Shown here piece by piece: positions 10,918 to 23,981 of a DNA stretch of 64,000 nucleotides. Positions within the stretch are counted from its first letter, which is position 1, and every line of letters starts with the position of its first letter. The stretch lies in the NCBI GenBank assembly GCA_050613775.1, contig JBODTK010000015.1, positions 496,001 through 560,000 on the forward strand, written 5' to 3'. A program made the translations under genes and the position numbers. Source of the DNA: Neocallimastix sp. 'constans' (lineage: Eukaryota). The notes below the pieces were generated by a model, which did not search any database, was not told the origin of the DNA, and was given only the letters and a program-made list of their open reading frames with translations.

Positions 10918-12543
10918 GCATTGGTACAGAATTGAAGATTATTTTAAAAAAAATAATATATTCTAATAATTAAAAATTTAATTTTTCACTAACAAAAATA
11001 AATATTATTTTAACTATTATAATATAAATAACTTAAATAAATACTTTAATAAATTTTATCTCTAAATTATAGCTAAATTACCTAATAAACTAAATATTTA
11101 AAACCAACAAAATTTATTTTTATCCTTAACTCTAATAAAACACAAAAACAAAACTAATCAATCTAATTAGAGAATAATTTAATTTTATTTACTTATTTAT
11201 TTAATTATTCATTTATACTAATATTATATATTTACTAATTCATTCTCGAAAAATTAAAAGAAAAATATAAAAATAAAGTTGAAAGAAGAGAAAGAACTAA
11301 AGTATTGTTTTACTTTGTTCTTTTTATATCTTTAAAACATTTATTTGATTGGAGTAAAAATAAAAATATAAAATATAATAAAAATATAATAACAAAAATA
11401 TAATAATTTTATAATAATAAAATTTAATAAAATATAATTTTAATACAATATTTAATATAAGAAAAATAATAAAAATATAATAAAGTATTATAAAAATTTT
11501 ATAATAAAAATATAAAATAATAATAAATATAATTTTAATTATTTATAATAAAATATCTAATTGTTTACTATTACAATATTAAATAAATACAATTAGTACA
11601 TTATTTTAAATAATCTAGTTATTTATACATTATTTAATTTCATTATTATATATTTTAATAATTTAATATTTTATTCTTATTTATTTATTAATTAATCTTA
11701 ATAGTTTATTTAATTTTTTATTTATTTTTTATTTATTATTTGTATCTGTTAAGGTTTTAGAGAATTAAATAAAAATAAAAGTAAAAGAAACACAAATTTT
11801 ATTTATTTATTATTTTATTTATTAATTTTATTAATTTGATCGATGATTTTTAAAAATTGGTAGCAAAATTTACAACTATTTATACTTTTTTCAAGGCATA
11901 AAAGTTGTTCTTGCCACTAAATTACATTTTATTTTTTTTTTTATAAAAACTATTAAATTTAAATTGATTTTTATAATCAATTATATAAAATTTAATTATA
12001 ACAATATAAATAAAATACATTTATAATATTAATAAAACATTTTTTTTTAATAATCTATCTAAAATATTACTAATAAGAATTTATTTAATTGGCTATAATT
12101 TTTATTACAATCTGTTAAAATATTCAAATAAAAATAAAAATACTATTCCAATATAAAGGTTTTTAATAAAATAAAATATTTGTCAATATAAAATAAAACA
12201 TTTCGATATAAAATTTTATAATAAAAGTTAAAATATAATATATAAATTTTTAATTATCATTATATAAAAATATTATTAATACAAATTTTCATTATTAATA
12301 TAAAAATAAAAAAAATAAGATTTATTATTAATATTGCTAATATAAGTTTTAAATATATAAAAATATTACTATTAATATAAGATTTAATATAAAAATATAA
12401 TGTTTAATATAATTTTTGATTTAATTTTTGATCTTTGGATTTAAAATTTATTAAAGTACAAAAATAATAATGTATACATAATGTATTAGAAATGATTTGT
12501 AGATTTAATTAAGAATGCATTATTTGGTACATTCTTATCATAT

Positions 12544-14874
12544 CGTAACAGCATCGTTACACCTTGGTTATCGTTACTAAATGGTGCCTACCTTGCCTTA
12601 CATACTAAATATCACTGATTCGAATCTTTTCTTTTATCTTTTGGAATAAAATATTTATTTAGTTATTAATTTTTTATTCATTTAATTTTATAATAATATT
12701 TATTTAAATAATTATCATGTATTCATTTAATTATAAACCAATCATGTAGTTTAATTATAAACTTTCTTAATATAAAATATAAAAATCATGTATTATTATT
12801 TTATTTTGACTCTTTGAGTCGATGTTAACAAAGTAACGTATCTTAAAATTAATATTAAATAAAAAATAATATAAAACCATAATTATGAAAATATTAAACA
12901 AAGATAATTTAGTGTAATAACAAATAATAAAATCTCACATAAAGTAGTTTGTTTATAGTTAACACATCTACAATGACCTAGTGAGATAAAATAAATAACA
13001 AAATCGTTACAATATCGACTCCCGTTGGAAACACACTCGCTACCTTGTGGTAGATGTGTTAATCCACCCAACATACCACTAACCTTTCATTATTTTATTT
13101 ATATTCAAAAGTTTTAATAATATTTTAGATAAATTTACTCTTGCTGTGGACTCTATTACTTCTGTTACTTCCTGAATCCTGATTGGTGATCTCTGATAAA
13201 AATAATTATGGTTTATAAAGTTTATGAAATTATCTACCTGAACAAGCATCCATCCATCAAGTTTTGTATCTGTTATCCATCTATCAAATGGAACCCCGAT
13301 TTTCATCAAACCAAGTGTGCATCCATCAAGAGGATCAAGTTACCCACCATATGAAAAACTTTAATTTAAAATAACGCTCCAGAATATCGAATAAACTCAC
13401 TACCGGTACAGGCTACAACTAATGCGCAACTCACCCTAATCTAATCCATGGAATACATCTTTTGTTTTTCCTATTCTTCTACTATTCTAATATCTCTAGC
13501 TTCCGTATTCATGGATATCTCTTTTATTATTCTGTTTTTAATTCTACTAATCTTCTTCGAGTTGGTGTTAGATTAGATCGTCTGGTATCCGATCGTAGAG
13601 GCGAAAATATACTTTTATATAATTTAATTTGGTCTGAATATGTTTTTTCATTTTTATTCTTGTTTAAATAAGCAAAATCATTGAACTGAATTTCTATATC
13701 TTCAATTTTATTATTATAATAATAATTATTTATTTCCTTCTTAATGATTGAAACACTAGTACCATCTGAAATGATATGGTGCATATTAATTAGTAAAATT
13801 TCATTTTTGATGAATCCTACTCTTATTAAAGGACTTATTGATAAATCGAATGGACGAATAAATGACTTTGCATTTTCATAATCATTCAAAATTTAATTTA
13901 CAATTATCATCAATATATCCATAAATACTGGTATTTCCATTAATTTCTTTTGTATAATATTTAGTTTTTAATATTTCATGCTTATTAAATATTTTAGTAA
14001 TTGAAGTTTTAATTTTTTGAATATTAATATCATTTTTTAAAGAATATTGGAATATTATAAACAATACTTTTAGGATTCTTAATTGAATCAATGTACATTC
14101 CTAATTGTTGTGAAGTAACAGGAAATTCCTTATTTCCACATTTTTCAATAATTTCAATTTTCTTTTCATTATTCTTATCATTCAATAATTTTTCTATGTA
14201 TTCACTTAATTCATAAACAATTGGTTTTGATAAAATATCTCTAATATTTAATTTTAATTTATATTATACAATATTAAAGCTACTAAAACTATCACCACCA
14301 ATATCGATAAAGCCTGAATTCCTTCCTATTATATGTTTAGAAATATTCAATGAATCACTAAAGATCGAACATATTTCTTTTTCAATTAATGTTTTTGGAG
14401 GGGATTGTAACGATATCAGCATCGTTATACCTTGGTTATCGTTACTAAATGGTGCCTACCTTGCCTTACATACTAAATGTCACTGATTCGAATCTTTTCT
14501 TTTATCTTTTGGAATAAAATATTTATTTAGTTATTAATTCTTTTATTCATTTAATTTTATAATAATATTTATTTAAATAATTATCATGTATTCATTTAAT
14601 TCTAAACCAATCATGTAGTTTATAAACTTTCTGAATATAAAAATATAAAAATCGTATTATTATTTTATTTTGACTCTTTGAGACGATATTAACAAAGTAA
14701 TGTATCTTAAAATTAATATTAAATAAAAAATAATATAAAACCATAATTATGAAAATATTAAATAAGATAATTTAGTGTAATAACAAATAATAAAATCTCA
14801 CATATAGTAGTTTGTTTATAGATAACACATCTACAATGACCTAGTGAGATAAAATAAATAACAAAATCGTTACA
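12544..14874 (+). mobile_element. Non-autonomous TGTAAC..TTACA LTR element (candidate Tf1/sushi-type self-primer) enclosing an NRPS fragment
   Basis: Two similar LTRs of about 470 bp (12544-13011, 14406-14874); ATATCGACTC directly after LTR1; leader 13012-~13603 shared in part with the 46-47 kb copy; GGAGGGGAT PPT-like tract directly before LTR2. No clean TSD. Confidence 0.8.
13604..14404 (-). pseudogene. NRPS fragment: thiolation (PCP) domain plus N-terminal half of a condensation domain, with stops and frameshifts
   Basis: Manual translation gives PPKTLIEKEICSIF..FIDIGGDSFS (phosphopantetheine GGDS motif), FPVTSQQLGMY..YNIP, HEILKTKY, RPFDLSISPLIR and the condensation core HHIISDG. Confidence 0.9.
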
Positions 14875-16406
14875 ATAACGCATTTAGAAATTCAGCAAAA
14901 ACACTCATGTATTGGGCTAAATTATCGGAAAACTTCTGGAATTTCACAATAAAGCATGCTTTTATTTATATGATTCCACATTCAGGAAATAATATTTTAA
15001 TTCCTGATGAAGTATTTTATAATAAAAAAGTAAATATAAAACAAAGAACCTTTGGATGCACTTGCTACTTCAGAGATCAAACCCCACACAAATTTAAATT
15101 TAAACCAAATTCAAGGAAAGGTATTTTCCTTGGTTTTGATAAGAAATATTCATATATTATTATGGACAAAGAAAATAGAAAATTAAATTATGTTAATGAA
15201 TGCATTGAAGAAGAATAGGGAAATTTTGAATATCCAAATAACGGTTTTCAAGGCCCTTATTTCTCCTTTACTATAATGGACTTTGATGAGAGAAACATTA
15301 AAAATAGAAATTTAAATGACGATAATAATTATGATGACAATAATCATTTAAATGAAAATATTAATTTAAATTAGAACTATATTTTAAACATATAATAATT
15401 TAAACATAGATAATAACATAAATGAAAATAATAATTTGAACGATAATTTAAATGAAAACGTAAATGTAAATTTAATTGACAATAATAATTTTATCGAAAA
15501 TAACAACATTTATGGAGAAGAAATTAACCTATCAAAGGAAAATAATATTGTAGGAAAAGATAATTTAAATAAAAATAATTCAAATAAAGAAATTAATTCA
15601 AATGAAATTGGAAATTCCAATGAAATAGAATTTTTACTCAAAAATAATATCAAAATTAACAATAATAAAATTAATACCGTTTTAAAAGATAATACATTTT
15701 TAAATGGAAGTATTAATAATCATAATTCTCAGAAAAATACCTTACTTAATATTCCTGTTAGTTACAAAAATTTTATTGATAATACGACTAAAAATTTTGG
15801 ATTGAAATATAAAAATGGTACAAATTTACACGATAAAAAACTCCCAATAAATCCTGGTGTTATAAATATTCCTTCGATTAAAAATAAAGGTAAAGGAAAA
15901 ATCATTGAAAATGACGAAAATTTCAATTTTGATGAAAGTGAAAAAAGTTTTAATAAAAATTTTTCAAAAATTGAATCAAAATTTTCTAAAAAGCTATTGG
16001 TCAAAATAAAATCATCAGAACCTAATTCATCAAATAATAATATAAATAATATTTTAAATTATTATTTATCAATTTTACCTGATAAATTTTACATAAATCT
16101 TCATCTGAACATTTAAATAATTATAAAACACATGATCATAATAATAATATTAATGATAGGCATAAAATTATTGAAATTTCTAATAAAACTATGGATAATA
16201 AAAATTTGTTAGAAACAAAAATACAAAGCTTTAATTAAAGGAGTAATGTTATAAATATTAATATATTAGTGTAAGATATGTGACCAAAAATAATAATAAG
16301 CCACATATTATGTTTACTATAAATACAATAAAAAAGTACAAAGTTATGTATATACATTATTCTTTATTCTTATTATATAATAAAAAAGAGATTCCTACTT
16401 TTCACA
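14875..16406 (+). mobile_element. Copia remnant: integrase C-terminal fragment, Asn-rich linker, pol C-terminus and a 160-bp LTR (16247-16406)
   Basis: FW..TFGCTCYF..KFKPNSRKGIFLGF integrase/SH3-like segment; LLETKIQSFN* resembles the pol end LLTKIQEY* at about 21580; AAAGGAGTAA then TGTT..CACA. Confidence 0.7.
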
Positions 16407-16675
16407 GATTAAGAGTCTCAACTCTTCAGTTGAGCTATCAAATAAAGCTAAGTTGAAATAAATAAACATAATATTTTTTTTATATCATTCATAAACTAAT
16501 AAAAATATATTTTTATTATTCTTATAATATTCATTATAGAAACAAAATATAATAACCATTATTAATAAACAAACATTACAGAGCAATATTGAGTGTGTTG
16601 AGGATATAAGTTGTTAATTATAATATATATTGTAATAGTTCATAATTAAAGTATATATTGCAATAGTTCATAGTT

Positions 16676-17010
16676 ATTATTTTTTCAAAAATAAATTTAA
16701 ATATATAAATACCAAAATAAAAAAATAATTAAATTAAAATTATTATTTTTTCAAAAATAAATTTAAATATATAAATATACCTAAATAAAAAAATAATTAA
16801 ATTAAAATTTTAAAAAATCATTAAAATAAAAATAATAGTCAACTAGCTAAGTTGTAAATAATTGTTAATAAAATAAAAATAATAGTCAACTAGCTAAGTT
16901 GAAAATAATTGAAAATAAAAATAAAAATAATTGTAAAATAGCTTAAGTTGAAAATAATTGAAAATAAAAATAAAAATAATTGTCAAATAGCTTAAGTTGA
17001 AAATAATTAA
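16676..17010. repeat. Short tandem duplications: two copies of about 66 bp, then about four imperfect 47-48-bp units containing (AAC)TAGCT(T)AAGTTG
   Basis: Direct visual match of the repeated units. Confidence 0.7.
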
Positions 17011-17425
17011 ATACAAAAAGAAATAGTCATTTAAGTCATCAAGACTATTAATAATTAATGAAAAATTAACTATTTATTCAAGTTAATAACTATTTTTAAC
17101 AAAATATTAATGAAGAACTTAAAAAATTAAAAACTAATATAAACAGAGACAAACAAAATTACATTAAGAAATTAACATTATAAATATAAAATTTACTAAT
17201 AGAAAAAATAAGAATAATGATATTTATGAAAAATAAATCATAACTAAATTAATATATAACAGAAGCAATCAAGTACAAAACTTATTCAAATAAATTCAAA
17301 TAAAAAAATTCAAATTAAATTAAATAATATTAATTATTCAAATTATTCCTATAGTAATAATAGAAATTTTAATAATTAAAGTTTTACACAAAACTTTAAT
17401 AATGTTCAACAAATAAATTAAAATA

Positions 17426-20400
17426 TGTCAGAAATAAGTTTAATATAATTAATAAATAATTAATAAATAATTAATAAAAAATAAATAAATATAAAATAAG
17501 TATAAAATAAATTTTAGTGTAAATAAATAAATATAGTTATAAAGAATAAATTTATGTATACTGTGGCGTATATCATTTAATGATATATATCATATGAATC
17601 GATGTAAAATTATTATAGATAGGAATATAAATTTTAAATGTAAATAATACTATGTAGGAAATTTTCTTGAACAAAAATTTAATAAATAAAAAGTGTGATT
17701 TATAACAGATTAAGAGTCTCATTGACTCAATAAGTGAGTGTTAATAATTTATTGTGTTTAGTGTATTTTTAATAAGTGTGAATAAAATGACAAACAAGGA
17801 AAATGCTACCTTGGAAATCTTGGATAATTCCAATTTTAAATCATGGAAACAAGATTTGTTTCTTTTACTACAAGAAAGAGATTTGGAAAATTATATCTTA
17901 AAGGAAAGCATTAAAAAAATTTCCGAAGATGAAATACCTGAAGAAGAATGAAAGAATTATAAATCAGTTCCAGGAACAACAAGAAAATTCTATGATAAAT
18001 CTGTAACTAAGCCTATGTTAAAATGTGATGCCAGGGTCACTTTAATATTGAAGGTTTAAAAGACACACTCCCAAAAATAAATAATAAATATAAATGCAAG
18101 ATATGTGCAAAATCTAAGTTAAGAAATTTCCCTTTTATTCAAATATTAAAAGAGCAAGTGAGCCTTTTGAATTAATCCATATGGACACAGTTACTATTAG
18201 CGACTAATCTTTATACGGAAATAAATATATCTTATCTATCTTAGATGATTATTCAAGGTTCGGTTGGGTCATCTTCTTAAAATCCAAAGGTGACGTATTT
18301 AACGCTTTTCATAATTGGTTTTTAAAGGTGAAGAATATTTTTAATAAAAGTGTCAAACATCTTAGAACAGATAATGGAACGGAGTTTTCCAATAACAACT
18401 TTGATAATTTCTGTAACTTAAACGGTATCATTCATGAATACACTGTTCCTTATTCTCCTCAACAAAATGGAAGGATTGAACGCCTTCACGGTTCTCTTAT
18501 TCCTAATGCTAGAGCTATGTTGGAGGATGCACACCTTAATCACGTATTTTGGGAAGATGCAGTTGCTACTGCTAATTTTATATATAATAGAATCCCACAT
18601 AAAGGTATCAATAACAATGTTCCTTATGAACTTCTTTATGATGAAAAAGTGGACTTCGAGAAATTTAGAGTATTTGGATGTCAAGTTTTTTTTTATGTAC
18701 CCAAACAACTACGTAACAAATTAACCAACTCGGCTTTACCCGGAATATTTCTTGGATATGATAATAACCCCTCGGCTTTTCGTATTTATGATATTACTAA
18801 TAATAAAGTAGTTATCTCTCGTGCCGTTGTATTTTTTGAAGACTCACCCGGTAACTGTGATGCCCCTTCTTCTTCTCCGGACTTTATTAATCTTACTCCT
18901 TATTATGAAAACGGGGGAAGTGATATTGACGATGATATTGGTTTTCATAATAATAATAATAATATTAGTGATAATAATAATAATATTAACAATAATATTA
19001 TTGATAATGATAATTATAATAACAATAATAATATTAATCCAAATAATAATAATAATAATAATATTAATATTAATGATAATAACGAAAGTGCAGTCATAAA
19101 TACTCCATATAATAATATTAATACTAATAATAATGAAGTCAATAATGAAAATAATATAAATATTAATAAATATAATATAAATAATACTTCTCCAATTAAT
19201 CAAAATAATATAATTTATTCAAATAATTATAAAATTTTTTATGATCCACAGAATAACAGAAATTTAATTTTGTATCCAGCTCAAAAAATTTTTTCTGAAT
19301 CAGCCAATAATTTAAATAATAATAATTTACAATTAAATAATAATATATATAATAATTTAAAACAAAATTTTTCTTCTCCAAAACATTATTATGAGGATTT
19401 CAATTCTCAAAGTGGTCATTTAAAATAATTCAAATGGCAATTTTGAAAATTATAATATCCAAAATAATAATTATTCTGAATTAAATAATAAAAACTATAA
19501 TAATAAAAATGATAATTTAAATAATAATAAAATTAATAATTATTCAGGAAATGAAAATTTAAATTTGAATTTAATTCAAAAAAGTAAATTATATGATCAA
19601 AATTCAAATTTAACACAATTAAATAAACAAACAGGAAATTCAAATAATACAGGAAACAATTTAAACAATTTAATTTCAAATGGCAAGAAAAATGAAATTA
19701 GCAATAATGAGTATAATTCATATAATAATTCAAATAATGATTTTAATTCAATTAACAATGTAAATAAAAAAAATTTAATTGAAAATTTAAAAAATAAAAA
19801 TTTAATTGAAAATGTAAACAAACCAGGAAGTAGCAATGATAATATTATTAATAAACATAATTTAAATAAAAATAATGAAATTACAAATTTAAATAATTAT
19901 AATTATGAAATTGAAAATAAATTAAATAATTCAATTAACGAAATTGAATTTAATAAAGGAAAAAAAATAAATAATTATAATTTAAAAAGAAAATTAAATG
20001 AGAGTGAAAATAATGTAAACAAAAAGTATAAACAAATAATGACGAATATCTTAATAACAAATAAGACAATAGAATTAGACCCACCATTAACCTATGAAGA
20101 AATATTCGATAGACCAGATAAAAACTCATGGATAGAAGCTATAAATAAGGAATTAAAAAATATGGAAGAAAAGAAAGTTTTTGAAATAGTCAATGAAGTA
20201 CCAAAAGAAAAAAATTTAATCAGCTGCAAGTGGGTTTTTAGTTATAAACGAAACGATAAAGGTAACATAACAAAATATAAAGCAAGGTTAGTAGCAAGAG
20301 GATTTTCACAAGTGTATGATGTGGATTATGTTGACACTTTCTCACCTACCCTTAAGCAAGATTCTCTGAGAATAATTACTTCTATAGCTATTTATAATAA

Positions 20401-21899
20401 TTTTAATATATATCAATTGGACATCAAGGCTGCCTATCTAAATGCAGAAATTAATGAGGAATTGTATATGGAAATTCCTAAAGGTATGGATGTAGGAGTG
20501 TATATTAAATTAAAAAAGGCTATATATGGATTGAAGCAAGCTGGCCGCCTCTGGAATGATAAAATAAATAAAACACTCCTAGAACTTAAGTTTGAAAGAT
20601 TAAAAAGTGAACCTTGCGTGTACATACTGAAAGATAAGTATAAAAATATTTTATGTATTATTGCAATCTATGTTGACAATATATTAATAGCAGGGAATAA
20701 TAAAACAATAAATAAAGTTAAATTAGAAATAAATAAGTATTTTGAATTAAGCGATATTGGAAATGTAGACTTCATTGTAGGGATAAAATTTATAAAATGT
20801 AAAGATGGTTACATTTTACATCAATTAAGATATCTAGAAAAAATATTAGATAAATTTAAAATAAACGAAAATGAAAAGGCATCTAATATGATCAATATAG
20901 AAAATAAAAAATTAAAAAATAGAAAATTTAACCCAAAGGTATATATGCAAGCTGTAGGTTGTCTGTTATATCTTGCCATGGGCACCAGACCGGATATTAT
21001 GTTCGCTACTAGTAAGGCTTCAAGAAAGAATAAAAATCCAACTTATGAAGATTGGATTAATGTTTTAAAAATATTTAAATATTTAAATTATACTAAATAT
21101 TATGGAATAAAAATATCAAAAAATATAAATATAGCTGCTTACGTCGACGCTGACTTAGGAGGGGACGAAGAAACAAGAAGATCTACTAGCGGATTTTTAA
21201 TAATCATGGGAAATACGCCTATAACCTGGTATTCTAAATTACAACATTTTGTGGCTGTTTCTACTGCTGGAAGTGAATATTATAGTTTGAATGAATGTGC
21301 TCTAAAGTGTATGTGGTTAAAAAATCTACTTAATGAGTTAGGTATAAATATAAAATATATATATATATAAATGTAGATAATAAAGCTGCTATCTATAATA
21401 GTAAAAATGAAAGTATAAATCAAAAATCAAGACACATAGATTTAAAATATCACAAAATTAGAGAATAAGTTAAAGAGGAAAAAATAAAATTAAAGTATGT
21501 AAAATCACAAAATAATTTAGCTGACTTTTTGACAAAGAATCTGAATGGGTCCATAATGAAAACGTTACGAGACACTTTATTAACGAAAATCCAAGAATAT
21601 TAAACTTACGGGGGAATGTCAGAAATAAGTTTTAATATAATTAATAAATAATTAATAAATAATTAATAAAAAATAAATAAATATAAAATAAGTATAAAAT
21701 AAATTTTAGTGTAAATAAATAAATATAGTTATAAAGAATAAATTTATGTATACTGTGGCGTATATCATTTAATGATATATATCATATGAATCAATGTAAA
21801 TTTATTATAGATAGGAATATAAATTTTAAATGTAAATAATATTATGTAGAAAATTTTCTTGAACAAAAATTTAATAAATAAAAAGTGTGATTTATAACA
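17426..21899 (+). mobile_element. Ty1/copia element 'Copia-D', internally deleted (most of gag and the protease missing)
   Basis: LTRs 17426-17707 and 21617-21899 (TGTCAG..TAACA), nearly identical; 5-bp TSD AAATA; PBS GATTAAGAGTCTCA; PPT ACGGGGGAA. Confidence 0.95.
17787..21603 (+). pseudogene. Copia-D gag-pol remnant (gag N-terminus fused at about 18035 to IN-RT-RH)
   Basis: LRTDNGTEF, PQQNGRIER, YKARLVARGF, QLDIKAAYL, YVDN (YVDD mutated), YVDADLGG; several stops and frameshifts. Confidence 0.92.
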
Positions 21900-23981
21900 A
21901 AATAGAGTATCTGAGAAATTAATTTAACAAAACTTTTTATATTCAATAAAATTTTAATTTATTACAATATTCATTTTTATTTAATACATTTCAGATTTTA
22001 ATTTATGATTTTAAAATGTCCAATTATATCAATCCATTAAAAATAATATTGTTGAAAATTAAATGTAAATTGATCAATTGAAATTACTTTATTAACTTCA
22101 TTTTATTAAAAATAATATAATATACATCTTAATATATCATAACAATAACATTACATGAATCATAAATGTATTACATAAATATTTATAATGTAACAAGCCA
22201 CATTTTACATACATAAATTTACTTAATAAATTTTACTATATATAAATTTGTATAACTATATAATTAATAATGAAATAGGAATAATATTAAACTTTATTTT
22301 CAACAATTGTTTTATTAAATGAAAATTAAATCAAATTCAATCTATAATATAAATTTCATTATTTTTGCTAAACTTTAATCAATAATATTTAATCTAATCC
22401 ATCAATATTAATAACAATTTAAATTTTTTTTTAAAAAAAATATATTATTAATAATATTTAATCTAATCAATCAATATTAATAACAATTTAAATTTATTTT
22501 TTAAAAAAAAATATATTATTAATATTTAATATTTATAAAGATTATTTTCAGATAATCAATACAAAATAATTTAAATTATATTATTTAAATTATTTATTAG
22601 TGATATGAAATGATAATAAAATAAGAAGATAGGTAAAAATATCATAAAATAATTATAAAATATAAATGTAAATAATTATTACGTATTAAATGAAATTAAT
22701 GTATACAAAATGTAAGGAATTAATGTAAAACAAATGGATAAATAGTAAATAGGAAAAATTATATTAATTAGAGTTTAGGAAATATTTTATTATAGTCATA
22801 TAGAAAAATAGTAATTATATAACATTTATTAAGAATAGGAATTTTATTAGAGAATATCATTATAACACCTGACATTTACTCCTTAATATATTTAATATAT
22901 TTCATAGTAAACATCATATCTTATAATAATAATAACATTTACAATTAAAATAAAATATAAATAGTACAAAAATAGTTCATTTGTTCAGAGAGGAAAATAG
23001 TTCATAAATATACAATTAATAAATAAAAAGATCAAAAAAAGAAACTATTCTTAAAACCTCTCTTTAAGTGACTAAAGTTAATTTCTTAACTGAACCTTAT
23101 TAAATTGGTGGAAATATCGGTTCAGGGAGGAAGTATAATAATTTTTACAAAATTTAATTTATTTCATATATAAATTTCTATTTACAATAACTTAAAGAAT
23201 CCTTTATTTGAATTATATCAATTTAAAAAGGTGATTTAATTTATAATTAGAAGTTAAAGAAGAGTTTGGATGAAGAACTTTTAATTATAGAATTAAGGAA
23301 GATTGAATATATTTTAAATTAGTATTGCGAATGGTTATTAATATAGAAATTTTGATTAAATTTTAAATTTAAAAAAAAAATTTTTTTACATATATTATTT
23401 TTATATATTATTTCAATATATTATTTCAATATATTATTTTATATAGTAAATTATTTTATTATATCTAATAATCATATTTAATTATAAATTTTTATTTTTA
23501 TAGTTGATAGTGATTTTAATATTATTATATTTATATATGTTAACCCCTAGCTACATTATAATTATACATTATACATTGTAATATTAATACGCCACTATAA
23601 GCCACATTATGAATACATTAGTTATTAGATAGTTATTAAATAGTTATTATAAATCTTATTTATTATATTTTGTTAAACTGTAATATTCTTTATTATGTAA
23701 TATTCATATAATTAAATATAAATAAATAAAAGTCATATTAACTAAAATAATCATAATTGAGATTGTGAGATTTCGGTTACATTCTTAACAAATTAAGAGT
23801 CTCACTTACCTAATGAGCTATTAGCTATAAAAATACAAAAATTAAATTAAACAAGCTTGTTATAATTAAAATATTAAATAAATAATTTAAAATTTACAAA
23901 TTCAAAAATTATTGAAATTAGATTTCAAAATTTAAATTTTTTTTTTAAAATTAATTAAAATTCAAAATTATAAATTCCAAA

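Noticed and set aside
10922..12543. Host gene or intron-containing exons in the AT-rich spacer
   Set aside because: No ORF, motif or repeat boundary that I can support.
13527..14091. Functional NRPS gene
   Set aside because: Stops and frameshifts, no adenylation domain, and the ORF C-terminus runs into retroelement leader sequence.
16407..16440. tRNA-Lys gene on the minus strand
   Set aside because: Only the anticodon-arm and D-arm complements are present, with no T-arm or acceptor stem; it is a PBS.
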